Made by a program: the position numbers and the translations under genes. DNA of 64,000 nt, from positions 1-64,000 of the forward strand of contig CAWJTV010000019.1 of the NCBI GenBank assembly GCA_963845755.1, in the 5' to 3' direction. Every line of letters begins with the position of its first letter. Positions within the stretch are counted from its first letter, which is position 1. Origin of the DNA: an uncultured Planctomycetota bacterium (GTDB lineage: Bacteria; Planctomycetota; Planctomycetia; Isosphaerales; Isosphaeraceae). Shown piece after piece: positions 53,425 to 64,000 of this stretch. The notes under the pieces were generated by a model. It was not told where the DNA came from, ran no database searches, and worked only from the letters and a program-made list of their open reading frames with translations.

Positions 53425-53937
53425 TCAATCTTTCCCGAATTCGATCTTTTCTTGTTCCAACCCCTCCATCCAGCGGCGGAGTTGGTCGAGTACACGCCGC
53501 TTGCGCCGGCTAATCCCCGACTGGGTGAGGCCGAGCATATCGGCGAGTTGGACTTCCGTCGTCTCGTCCCAGTAGAGGCTCTCGATGAGTTTCCTTTGAG
53601 GTTCAGCCAGCCGTTGAAGCCAGTTCTGCAAAGACTCGGAGAGCTCGATCGACGTAGTCGCGGACGCGGTTCCATCGTGGCAGTCGCCACACTCCAGGTG
53701 AATTCCCGATCGCCGGGCATAGGTCCATTCCCGCCGATAGCGTCTCAGGGCGTGAGTGACGACCCGTTGATGAACAAAGGCCTCCAAGGGGACGCCGCGC
53801 GTCGGGTCGAATTCGAGCTCAGCCTGCCAGGCTGCGGCGATGGCCTCCGCTTCCAATTCCTCGCGCCAGTCCCGCGGCGCCCAGTTCGGCGGCACCCGCC
53901 ATGTGTAGATCCTTCTCAAGTATGTGGGAGTCATCAT
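53425..53937 (-). CDS. sigma-70/ECF-like factor, copy A
   Basis: EFDPTRGVPLEAFV region-2-like; LIESLYW...LADMLGLTQSGISRRK region-4 HTH. Confidence 0.75.
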   Translation of the reverse strand: MMTPTYLRRIYTWRVPPNWAPRDWREELEAEAIAAAWQAELEFDPTRGVPLEAFVHQRVVTHALRRYRREWTYARRSGIHLECGDCHDGTASATTSIELSESLQNWLQRLAEPQRKLIESLYWDETTEVQLADMLGLTQSGISRRKRRVLDQLRRWMEGLEQEKIEFGKD

Positions 53938-54083
53938 GGTTTCCGGACTTTCGCTCGGAAGTTATTACCGCCAGGCCGTGGAAAACCAACGGCGCACGGC
54001 GCCGGTCTGAGGCGTTTCACGCTTGGGTTGCGCGGGGGACAATCAAGACAGGTACTCAGAGATGTCACGGGAGGGAGCCGATT

Positions 54084-54195
54084 AGCTGTTCCGGGAGACG
54101 CGGATCGCAGAAGGGCAGCCCGAGGCCATGTTCGACGCGCTGAAGATCCCGCGCGGGGGCGATGGTGGCCGACGTCGGCGCTGGGTCGGGCTACC
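54084..54195 (+). pseudogene. degenerate internal fragment of the methyltransferase gene
   Basis: Aligns by eye to about 47651-47761 (GAGACGCGGATCG...CAGCCCGAGGCCATG...CTGAAGATCCCGCGCGGGG...GGCCGACGTCGG). Confidence 0.7.
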
Positions 54196-54201
54196 CAGGC
54201 C

Positions 54202-55182
54202 TCAAGACGGACGCGAAGGTCCTGCATACTTCCCGTTCACTCGCATCCGGTTCCGAAGGGCATAGCCCAGCCCGATTAAACCCGAGCCCAACAGCAGGAC
54301 AGAGGTCGGCTCCGGAACCGAGGCCAGCGATCCAATGACGCCGGGGCTGGTGGACGTCGTGCCGAAATCCACGCCTGCACCACTCTGAATCAGTGCCGGA
54401 TCGAATGTTGCACTGAGAATATCACCGTTGATGGCCAGGTCTACTCCATAGGAGCTGGCCATCGGCTGCATCAATTCGAACATCGTATCCGCAATCGTAG
54501 TGCCCGACGTATCCGGCAAGGACTGGGAGCTGAATGAAAACTGAAGTTCTCCCACATCGGTGGAAAAGCCCGCCGTAAATACGGCGAAATCCCCTCGAGA
54601 ATCCAGGGGATCGAAATTCCCGTTGTTGAACTGGACGGAGGCCTGGAGGACGGCTGCACCCGTAATGCGGATGCTGTCTTTCCGCTCCCCCGTTGTTCCC
54701 ACATCGAACGACACATCACTCACGGCAGGCATGTTCGTCAGTTTAACAGTCGATGAACCCGACTTGTAATCAACTGTGAAGGGACCCGAGGGAGTGCCAA
54801 GCACGCTCGCGATCGCGTTCGCCTTATCCGCCGCCTTCATATCCGGGTTCACATGGACCGTGTAAGGCGTCCCTTTCTCTCCGTCGGGGCCGATGGTGAT
54901 CGTGATGTCTCCCGCCTTCTTGATTTGCGGAGCCGACACGTCGAATGAAACCGAACTGCCGGCATTCGCGATTCCCATCGTTGCGAGAGTCAGGGCGCCG
55001 AAACCCAGAATGGCAGCAAGGTGACGCGCCCCACTTCTCCGTGGAGCGAAACGAATCGTTTTGGTATCGCAGAAGTCGGAGGTTTGTCCCAGTTCCGGCT
55101 TCCGCCGTGCTCCGATCCGTCGAGTGCTCTGAGGCCCGCCAAGAATCATGAAGTCCGAGCAAACTAACAACGGACTTGTCAT
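54202..55182 (-). CDS. PEP-CTERM sorting domain protein
   Basis: Signal-like LAAILGFGALTLATMGIANA; VPEPTSVLLLGSGLIGLGYALRNR. Confidence 0.85.
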   Translation of the reverse strand: MTSPLLVCSDFMILGGPQSTRRIGARRKPELGQTSDFCDTKTIRFAPRRSGARHLAAILGFGALTLATMGIANAGSSVSFDVSAPQIKKAGDITITIGPDGEKGTPYTVHVNPDMKAADKANAIASVLGTPSGPFTVDYKSGSSTVKLTNMPAVSDVSFDVGTTGERKDSIRITGAAVLQASVQFNNGNFDPLDSRGDFAVFTAGFSTDVGELQFSFSSQSLPDTSGTTIADTMFELMQPMASSYGVDLAINGDILSATFDPALIQSGAGVDFGTTSTSPGVIGSLASVPEPTSVLLLGSGLIGLGYALRNRMRVNGKYAGPSRPS

Positions 55183-55377
55183 CTGAGGATCTCCTTGGTC
55201 TTGAGGTTGATCGGAATCGACAGTGAAAAATAGGCGAATTGGCGTCACATCCCCTGGAAGCGGAGACTGGTAAGCTCATAACACGGAGTGTTATGGACCG
55301 GAGGCTCGGCCTCAATGATCCAGAACACAAGGCCAAGAATCCGTCGGTCCCGCGAACCCTTCCTCACTTCTCTTCCA

Positions 55378-55922
55378 CTACTGATGAGAATGCGGCGACC
55401 GAGCTGCCCTACCAGTTGATTCTGTCAAGGCATTTCTTTTTTCGGAGAGGCGAATACTACGGCGGAGGTGCTCGATGATTTGACGCTTGCGCAGGCTGAC
55501 GGATTGCTGACTGAGGAAAAGCCGCCGGGCGACGTCAACCTCCGTCATCCCCTCCCAGTACAGGCGTTCGATGAGCCAGCGTTGGGATTTCGGCAGCCGG
55601 TCGAGGAAACACCGCACGGACTCGGAGACCTCGAAGGACGTAAAGCCGTTGGAGGTCATGTCGATGCCGTCGCAGTCCACCGATCGAGGTTTGCAGCGTC
55701 ATGCGTATGCCCATTCGCGACGATAGCGACTCAGGGCGTGGGCCAGGACCCGCTGGTGAATGAACGCCGGCAAGGGGACGCCGCGCTCGGATCGAACTCA
55801 AGCTCGGCCTCCCACGCGGCAGCAACCGCCTCCGCTTCCATTTCCTCTCGCCAGTCCCTCGGCGACCAGTTCGGCGGCACGCGCCATCGGTAGATCTGTC
55901 TCAAAGACCGGTCAGTCATCAC
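55378..55922 (-). CDS. sigma-70/ECF-like factor, copy B (frameshifted)
   Basis: WRVPPNWSPRDWREE shared with copy A; LIERLYWEGMTEVDVARRLFLSQQSVS. Confidence 0.72.
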
Positions 55923-56850
55923 TCTCTCCTGGGTCTCTCTTACCCTCCAAGCAGGCGCAATCGGATGCAGGGCTTCGGCGCTGCCCCTCGGCTGCGCTCG
56001 CCGGGTTGCGTGCAGCTCACTGACTCGACTGGTCAGATCCAGCCTGAATCGGGTCGAAGCGTCTCCTCCAATTGGCCGGATACTGGTCGAACACCAACTC
56101 GAGAGCGCCTATCGATTGGGTTGCGCCCATGTCCGGCAGCGTTGTCGGCTAGACCAGCCCGACGCGCGAGCGAGGCGATTGGCCTGGAGACCCTCGCTCG
56201 CGCGTCGGGCTGGTGTGGCACGTGCGCAACCCAATCGATAGGAGCTCTACCGGTCCCGCAGCCAGGAATCCCGAAGGAGCGACAGTGGAAGAATTGTTGG
56301 GATCTTTCACGATCTGGAAGGTGGGCGACCGGCGTGAGGATTTGATCGGCCTATCAGGCCGGCCGGAGAGGCGGGGTGGCAGGAAGACGTTACCATCGGG
56401 CCGACGTGGCACCCTCTGATTCAACCCGAGGCACGGAGTCGAAGAGCTACTCTCTTGCATTCCGATGGCGATACCTGTTAAAAGACATGTGTTTGTTCGG
56501 CCTAACCGATGTCTTTCGGGTTAGGCTTGATTCGTCATGGCCCCTCTGTTTAGGGCGTTCGCGGGTCAGAACGGTCTTTGAACCTCGACCGACTTAACCA
56601 CGTGCGGCTATTTCACTCGATGCGGCCCGGAAGAACCGCACCGAGGAACGCGACGTGCTCTCTCTCGGATCGGCGGACTGGGCCTGGTGTATCTGTCGGC
56701 GTCCGAGACAAGATCACTGGCGAGCAGGACTTGATCCCCAAGGTGCAATGCGCCACTGGGTTGGCTACGCGACATCCGATCAGCCCTGATGGCCCTCAAC
56801 GCGAATGCCCGGCGTTCTGTACCTCTTCACCATCTTCTCGGAGCCACGTC

Positions 56851-57659
56851 ATGAGGAACCTCATCGCGCGCGCCGTCGTCGTATGCATGTTCGTTCTGGT
56901 TGCGCCAGGTATGACCCCTGTGGTCCGCGCCGGTCTCTTGAATCCTTTTGAAGCATCTCTGGTCGTCCAATCGACGGCGACGGATACAGATGCGATGCTT
57001 CTCTCCTTATTCTCTGGCTTTAAACCCGGGCAAACGCTCAACTACAACGCGAGCTTGACCACGACCTCGTGGTCGGGCACGCTCATGGGCACTTACCTTG
57101 GGACGGGACTGAGCTTGACCTACTTGGGTGACCTCTCGAATTACCCATCAGGTCCGGTGAACTGGACGAGCTCGGGCTCTTATGGAAACCAAAGCTGGAA
57201 CGGCAGCGGCAGCGCTACGATTGCGGATACCTCCTCCACGACATTCCAGGTCGGCTTCAGTTATTCCATGACGGTTGGCAGCAACTCGGCTTCAATTGAT
57301 TACGTGATCCCCGGCACGGTCGGCTCGAATGGGGCGATCATGTATGGCGCTCCCGGCGATGGAGAGGTCGGGAATGGAACGGTCACACTGAATGGTGTAA
57401 AAGAAGACAATATATTTAAATTTTCTTTATGGATGTTACACCAGAATTGCACATAACTTCCGATATTGGGATACCGGGCCTTTTGATGAATGGGGTAACG
57501 ACTTTGATGTCCGGTCTGATTCTCGGGCCAATCATCGGATCGATTGGCAGTAGTCCCCGAGCCCTCCTCCTTAGTTTTGATGGGCCTGCGGGCTCCTCGG
57601 CTTGGTGGGGATCCCTCGCTCGGCGGAGCGTGGGGCGATACCGGAACGGCCGGCGATAG
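56851..57659 (+). CDS. PEP-CTERM sorting domain protein (frameshifted 3' end)
   Basis: Signal MRNLIARAVVVCMFVLVAPG; Ser/Thr/Gly-rich body; VVPEPSSLVLMGL in a shifted frame near 57550. Confidence 0.7.
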
Positions 57660-57894
57660 TTGCTCGTCCGGGAACTGACGATCCGACACCAAGTCTTCCT
57701 CATCTGGTTGCTCACGCACCGGCCCCGTGGAATCGATGTGCTCCGCCCTATGAGCAAGCCCCGTGTTCGGGACCAACCCGCCGCTGGCCGTAGCAGCCTT
57801 CGGGTGAACGCGTGCTCGCACTCTATTGATCGACGTGTCCGTGCGAATTAAGTATGTGGGTTCGTGCGATCATGCGCTGCATGCGAAGGCCGCA

Positions 57895-60800
57895 CTAACT
57901 AGGGTCTCCGATCAGGATGAACGCCGCCCAATAGAAGGGGTGTTCATAGGGGCGGCCGGGCTTGGCTGCGGAGCGCGATGGGCCGCGCTTCTTGTCACTC
58001 CGCTCAACCGCCGGCAGGCTGGCTCGGAGTCGATCCGCGTCGGCTGCTGTCAGCGATCGGAGCCATTGTTTCGCCTCGGCCAGGGCCTCGGCCTTGGGCA
58101 GGGGATGGTCCAGGTCAGGCCGTCGGCCGAGTAGGTTCTGATAGAAGCGTCTCATGAACAGCGCCGTCGTCGCGTCGTCCACGTTCCAGAGGCTCAGGAC
58201 GATGCTCTTCGCGCCTGCCAGGAAGAGGGCCTGGGAGAAGCCCAGATAGCCCTCGCCGCCGCTCTGGCGACCCAATCCGCTCTGGCAGGCGCTCGAACGT
58301 CACCAGCTCGGCGTTCAGTTTCCACGTACTCATGACTTCGCTGGCGGAGAGGGTCCCGTCGAAAATCGGCCCTTCGCTCGGCGAGTTCGACTACTGGGCG
58401 GCGCATGCCGTCCTGCGAGAGGATCAGCCGGGAATTCATCGGGCACAGGTCATCCATCTCGCCGTGGGTCGCCAGATGGATGAAGGCGAACGTCCCCAGT
58501 TCGCCTCGGGCACGCAGCGCCTCGAGCCGCGCTTCGCTGGCGTCGGAGCCGAGAAGGACCGTTTTCTGGTCGAAGAGTCGGGCCACGTCTTGCACTTCAT
58601 GACGGGAGCCGGGCAAGGGGATGAAAGCCCCTGCGCGAGAACTGCGGATCACGGAGTCGGTGTCATGCCGGGCGAGAATCGCCTTGGCGGGCGACTGGGT
58701 GCTGAGAGTGACTCCCAACGGACCCGGGCGGACGGTCCTGTCGAGGATCTCGCCGTCCCGCCAGACCGAGACGGCGACTCTCCCGGCGTTGGAATCGACG
58801 GCCTGGATCTTCTTGTCGAGGTCGCCGCGGGTCGCCACTTCGACTCCGGAGTAGTGGAGCAGGACATCACCCCGCTGGATGCCAGCCTGCTCGGCAATCG
58901 AGCCCGCCTCGACGCGCTGGACGAGCACGCCGTTGTCGGGAGGTTTGGGATTCGGCGCGGCGGGCTGAGGTACCGGATCGCCGAGGGCCAGGAGGCGGGG
59001 TGGCGACGGCCGACCTTGCTGATCGAGGTCGTGTTCCTCGAGCCAGGCAAAGAGCGTGCCCGACGGCACGTAGCTAACGATGTAGGCCGGTGCGCCGGGG
59101 GGGCGGCCCAGCAGAAGGGTCTCGACGGGGATCCCGGCCATCGCGGGCGAGGGCAGAACGATCAGGTACCGGACTGCCGGCAGGCCGTTGCCAGCCCCAA
59201 GCGCGGTCTCCACTGGGGCCAGCCGCTGATTCGCCAGTTCCGCCAGGCGCTTCTGCCAGGCACTCCCGTTTTCGGCGAGGAGCTGGCGGACCGCGCCAGG
59301 GCGATGGTCGTCAGCCTGGGTCCACGTCTCGCCTGGGCCCGTGCCATGGATCCGAATCCACCGCGGCGCGCCGCGATGCCGGACGACGCAGGCCCAGTGA
59401 TCCCCGTGTGGGTCCTTGGCATTAGGCATGGTCCTGAGATCCAGCCAACCAACGAGTGCCGCGTCAGCCGGAAGCCGAGTCTGGATCTTCTCGAGGGAAT
59501 AGACCGTACCGGCGGCCGCCTGGTATTTCCGCACGAGGTCCGATTCGAAGCGGGTCAGTAGGCGTTGCAGCTCCAATCGCTCGATCTGGAGCTTATCGAG
59601 CACCCGCCTCTGGTTGACGGCGAGGGCCTTGACGCTGGCGAGCGTGCTAATCTGGTTGTCAAGCCGATCGAGCTTCTCGCCCAATTCGTCCTGCCGGCGC
59701 CGCTCCTCGGTTGTGAGAGGGCGGCCGCGGCGGGCCGCCAGGTCATCGAACAGACCGCGCGCCAGTCCCGATTCCCAGTATTGCCATGCGTCCTGATCAG
59801 ATCCTCGCCGGGCCAGGAGGGAGGCGACGAGCGGCGAAGGCGAACGCTTCGCGGCAAACTCGGCCCGATCGAGTCCTGTGAAGCTGACTCGAGATCTCGC
59901 GACCTCGTATCTTTGGGCTGCTGCGAGCGCCATGGTTTCGGCCTGTGCTGATTCCCCGAGGGCGTGCAGGTTGGCTGCCAGGTTGTTGTACGTGAAGGCC
60001 GTTTCGGGGTTGTCCTCGCCCAGGTTACGGCGGTAGATCCCCAGCGCGTATTCGATAGAGCGGCTCAGCCTCGGCATGCTTTCCTTGGGCGTCCAGGTTG
60101 ACCGCCAGGTTGCTGTAACCCGCGGCCGTGTCGGGGTGGTTTTCGCCCGGAGTGCGACGCCAGATCGACAGAGCTTTCTGAAAGTACGTCTCGGCATCGG
60201 TGAATTTCCCCTGAGCGTAGAGGTCGTGGGCCAGGTTGGCATACATAAAAGCCGTATCTGCGTCGGCCTCACCCGGTTTCTCCTGAATGGCCAGCGCCTT
60301 CTCGAAGTACCGCTGAGCCTCGGCATGTTTCCCTTGCTCGGTTAGATTGCAGGCTATGTTGTGATAACTCTGGGCCGTGACCGCGTTGTGCTCGCCCAGT
60401 AACCGACGGCGAATCTCCAGCGCCTTCTGGAACAGGGGCTCGGCCGCCGCGGTCTTCCCCTGGGCCCAGAGGTTGCTGGCAAGGTCGTTGTAGACATCAG
60501 CCGTGAGGAGATGCCCCTCACCCAAAGTGCCCAATCGGATTGCCAGCGCATTGTGATAGTAGAGCTCGGCCTCGTCGTACTTTCCCAGAAAGTAGAGGGT
60601 ATTGGCCAACTCGTAATAGCCCGATGCGATTCCGGCGTCATCTGGATTCAGCAGTTTCAGCCGGATTGCCAATGCCTTGCGCCGGAGCGGTTCTGATTCC
60701 GCGAGACGACCGAGCTCCTCCAGTATCCGGATCCACTCGTCATAACTGCTTGCGGTATCGAGATGGTCCTCCCCCAGGACTTTGAGGCGGATCTCCAGCA

Positions 60801-61926
60801 ACTTTCGATACAACGGCTCGACCTCATCGCGCCGGCCCAGCGCGGCGAGGGTCGAGGCCAGGCCGCTGTAGCTGAGGGCGGTCTCGGGGTGGTCCTCGGT
60901 CAAGACTTTGATCCGAATCGCCAACGCTTTCCGATGCAACTCCTCGGACTCGGGCAACTTGCGGCGGCGGACAAACAGATTGTAGCCCAGGTTGAAATAG
61001 ACACAGGCCGTCTGGGCGTTGTCCTCGCCCAGAACGCGCCGATCGATCTCGAGCGCCTTGCGGAACAGCGGCTCGGCCTCGTCATGTTTGCCCAGTTCCT
61101 TGAGATGGTTTGCCAGGCCGTCGTAGCCGGTGGCCGTCTCGGCATGATCCTCGCCGCGAGTCCTCTTCCAGATCTGAGATGCCTGTTCGAAGAGGCGACC
61201 GGCCTCGTCGAACTTCTTGAGGGCATCGAGGCAATAACCCATTTCATGAGAGATCCGGGCTATATCAGGGTGTTGCTCGCCGAGGACTCGCAGCAGGTTC
61301 GTCCGGGCCTTGCGGAATAGCGGCTCGGCCTCGCTCGACCGGCCGAGTCGATACAAGATGTAGGCCAGCTTCTCCTCGCTCCGCGCGGTCCATTCATGGT
61401 TCTCGCCGAGCATTCGTCGGAAGAGATCCGTGGCCTCCTGGCGGAGCGGTCGGGCTTTGAGATGCTCACCGCGCTCGAAGAGGGCGTCGCCCTCGGCGGC
61501 AAGGCGTTCCGCCGTCACGAGCGTGGCTCGCGCCTCGGGCGGCATGGCTGCGATTGTCCTGAGAACCTCGAACCGGCGCAGGGAGTCGGCCGTCTCCCAG
61601 TGATCGTTGCCCTGGGCGCGTGCCCGGATCGCCAGGATTCCTCGAACCTTGGTGGCTGCGTCGGCGAATTGGCCCTTCGACTCGAGCTCGACAGCGGTCT
61701 TTTGCAGCGCCTCGACTCGCTTTGAATCGTCACCGCGGAGGATTCTCGACGTCGCGTTCGAGTTGGGAGCGGAACTCTCCGACTGGGATTGTGCGAGCGC
61801 CGCGCCGGCTCCTGCTAGCCAGATGAGACCGGCCTGTACCAGAGCACGTGCGATCGAGCTGGCCTGGGATTCACGCCGTCCGGGGCTCTCTGGGGATGAT
61901 CCGTCTGAGATATGCAGAGCAGCCAT
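57895..61926 (-). CDS. TPR-repeat + CHAT caspase-like protease with inserted PDZ domain (frameshifts near 60055 and 58295)
   Basis: Many GEDHPETA-type TPRs; [14 protein letters not shown] in a shifted frame; [38 protein letters not shown]. Confidence 0.88.
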
Positions 61927-61950
61927 CGGTCTCCTCTTTCGGATTCCGAT

Positions 61951-64000
61951 TCAGGGATTCTTCGGCGCCGAATTGACCGGGAAGGCGACGATGCGGACTG
62001 CCGCAATCCCGGGTTGAGATGAGAGAGATATGCCGAGCTCGGTCAATAACCTGAGCCCGTGCGAGACTTTTCCAGGGGACCCCTCGCGATGAGTCACCAG
62101 GGGCTCGCACCGTTCTCCATCGTACAACCAGGGGACGCGGGTCTTGATCTGACTCCATCCCTTCTCGTCAACGCGCCCTATCTTCAGGACTTCGGCCGAA
62201 GCGAGAGGCTGGTACGATCCCAGCACGACCACGCCCAGGAGCCCTTCCTTCGGCACAGGGAGGTAATCGTCGCCGGTGGGGTACTGGAAGTGACTCCGTG
62301 ACGAGGCGTTCGAGTCCTTCTCGGGGTACTGTAGCTCGCGGGTCCCATCCGGGTTAACGAGGATCAGATACGGGAAAAGCGGCGCTCCGAAGATCGCTTC
62401 GACGACGAAGTGGAGGCTGTCGTCGGCCGCCGCCTGGGGCCCGTCCTGCGGGTCGCCAATGCGGCCGAGATCCGTCAGATCATCGGGTGTTTTCCCGAAG
62501 CGGTAGAGATGGACGGTCAGCGTCGTGTGGACCGGGTCACCGTTGCGCACGATCGATGTGTGTGGGGCCGTCGGGGACTCGTTCGCTTCACGTTCGGCCG
62601 AGATCGACTTCGGCTCTTGGCCCTGCCAACGGCCCAGGATCGGGTATGACAGAAGCGGCAAAGCCACGCACGCGACGACGACGGCGACGTGCTTCGAGAA
62701 CCCGGGACGGCGCGACCGATCCCATCGCGGCCTCCACCACCTCGGCTCGGAGCCGGTCATCCCGACTCCTACGTCCCCGGCCGGGTCGACGGGGACGGGC
62801 CCGGGGGTCAACGTGAGCGTCGCGACGGAGAGGTCCGGTGGCAGGAGCGCCCGCAGGTCATGCCCCGCCGTGAAAGGGATCAGGGCACGGCCGATGTCGG
62901 CCGGCGTCGCATAGCGCTCGGTGGGGCGTTTGGCGAGCATGCGATCGAGGACCGCGGACAGACCTTCGGGCACATCGGGCCTCTGTTCGCGGATCGGAGG
63001 CGGTGGGACCAGCCCATGGGCCATCATCTTCTCTTCGCGGGTCGCCCACCGCTCCCCGGAAAACGGGGCGCGACCGGCGAGAAACTCGTAAAGCGTGCAT
63101 CCCATCCCGTAGACATCCGCTCGGATATCGGCCCCGCGGCCGGTGAGCCATTGCTCGGGCGCCATGTAGTCGATCGTACCCAGACGCTCATCCGCGTCGG
63201 TCAGGGCGGCGCGCGCACGACCGGGAGATTCGGGATCGATCGGGGCGAGGCGCGCGATTCCCAGGTCGAGCACCCTGACAGAGCCGGCGGGCGTGATCAT
63301 GAGGTTCGCCGGCTTGATGTCGCGGTGGATCAGGCCGAGCGTGCGGTACGCATGTTCCAAACCGATTGCAGCCTGTCGGACCACCTCGCAGGCATCAGCG
63401 ATCGGAAGCGGCCCATTCCGCTCCAGCAGCCGCGCCAGGTCGAGCCCTTCGAGGTATTCCATCACCAGGAAGGCGATTCCTTCCTCCTCGCGCGCATCGA
63501 GCGCGCGAACCAGGTTAGGGTGATCCAGGCCGCCGAGGTTGCTCATCTCCCGCTGAAAACGCGCGATGGCACGGTGATCGCTCGCCCGCTCGGGGCGAAG
63601 CACCTTGAGAGCCACGACCCGGTCCAGCCGCGTGTGGTGCGCCCGATAGACGGTGCCCATTCCGCCGCGGCCGAGCGGCTCCATGAGCCGGTAATCACCC
63701 AGCCGCTCCGGCATCCGACCATCGCCCGATCTCCCGGACTTCGGGTCGCTCGACCTCCCGAACGGCCCACCCTGGTTGCCGAATCGCTCGGCCCAGGTCC
63801 GATCTTCGTGGACATCGTCGTCGCTCTCCGGCGCGACCGGACCGCGCAGGTCCGCAATCAAGGGGTCGGACGCGTCGTTGATGGACTGGAGCACCGCCAG
63901 GCAAGAGTCGCAGCCTTCGATATGGTGCTCGACCGCGTCTCGGACCGTCCCGCACAATCGGCCGACCGCGATCGCGGACAGGAGCTCGCGGCTCGGGCAG
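61951..64000 (-). CDS. Ser/Thr protein kinase with N-terminal HxxxCxxC zinc finger, TM segment and C-terminal extracellular domain (start outside the window)
   Basis: HIEGCDSC; LGRGGMGTV, VALK, HRDIKPANL, DLGIA, GTIDYMAPE. Confidence 0.92.
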   Translation of the reverse strand, partial: CPSRELLSAIAVGRLCGTVRDAVEHHIEGCDSCLAVLQSINDASDPLIADLRGPVAPESDDDVHEDRTWAERFGNQGGPFGRSSDPKSGRSGDGRMPERLGDYRLMEPLGRGGMGTVYRAHHTRLDRVVALKVLRPERASDHRAIARFQREMSNLGGLDHPNLVRALDAREEEGIAFLVMEYLEGLDLARLLERNGPLPIADACEVVRQAAIGLEHAYRTLGLIHRDIKPANLMITPAGSVRVLDLGIARLAPIDPESPGRARAALTDADERLGTIDYMAPEQWLTGRGADIRADVYGMGCTLYEFLAGRAPFSGERWATREEKMMAHGLVPPPPIREQRPDVPEGLSAVLDRMLAKRPTERYATPADIGRALIPFTAGHDLRALLPPDLSVATLTLTPGPVPVDPAGDVGVGMTGSEPRWWRPRWDRSRRPGFSKHVAVVVACVALPLLSYPILGRWQGQEPKSISAEREANESPTAPHTSIVRNGDPVHTTLTVHLYRFGKTPDDLTDLGRIGDPQDGPQAAADDSLHFVVEAIFGAPLFPYLILVNPDGTRELQYPEKDSNASSRSHFQYPTGDDYLPVPKEGLLGVVVLGSYQPLASAEVLKIGRVDEKGWSQIKTRVPWLYDGERCEPLVTHREGSPGKVSHGLRLLTELGISLSSQPGIAAVRIVAFPVNSAPKNP

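Noticed and set aside
466..59561. Long antisense or overlapping ORFs (e.g. 466-1485, 2840-4531, 10059-11291, 37950-39086, 41076-42233, 46379-47356, 58332-59561)
   Set aside because: Mostly shadow ORFs of recognisable genes in GC-rich DNA. Only the 5' part of 2840-4531 belongs to the TM0106-like gene.

Overview
GC-rich window whose gene content (PEP-CTERM proteins, kinase/TPR-CHAT locus, RFS/RLP-type N-terminal membrane motifs) suggests a planctomycete; this is inference, not a database result. Positions 1 to ~40.7 kb form an accessory island crowded with insertion sequences: IS21, two ISAs1, ISAzo13, IS5 and two inverted IS66 copies. All except the IS21, which is truncated at the window edge, have readable target-site duplications. 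Both IS66 copies carry a large-serine-recombinase element inserted in tnpB. The island also holds an integrase-less run of attC-like hairpins carrying immunity-type genes, two Fic genes and two degenerate tRNA-like sequences. The most striking feature is a ~7.2 kb co-oriented array (22.6-29.9 kb) of ten small paralogous genes with a constant N-terminus (MRLPRMTTRRWM plus a hydrophobic helix). Eight of them also share a constant C-terminus (H-x-x-M-A-R-K-Y-x-R-A-A-R-Y-P-W-L-P-V-E-P-D-P) around largely unrelated middles, and the DNA suggests module shuffling. From ~40.9 kb the content looks more chromosomal: a TolB-like propeller, an HTTM/DCC1 operon, GT2, a methyltransferase, an RDD protein, an ORF-less group II intron, sigma-factor/PEP-CTERM modules and a Ser/Thr kinase plus TPR-PDZ-CHAT pair. 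Single-base frameshifts are pervasive and fall at different positions in the two IS66 copies, so many are probably sequencing or assembly errors.
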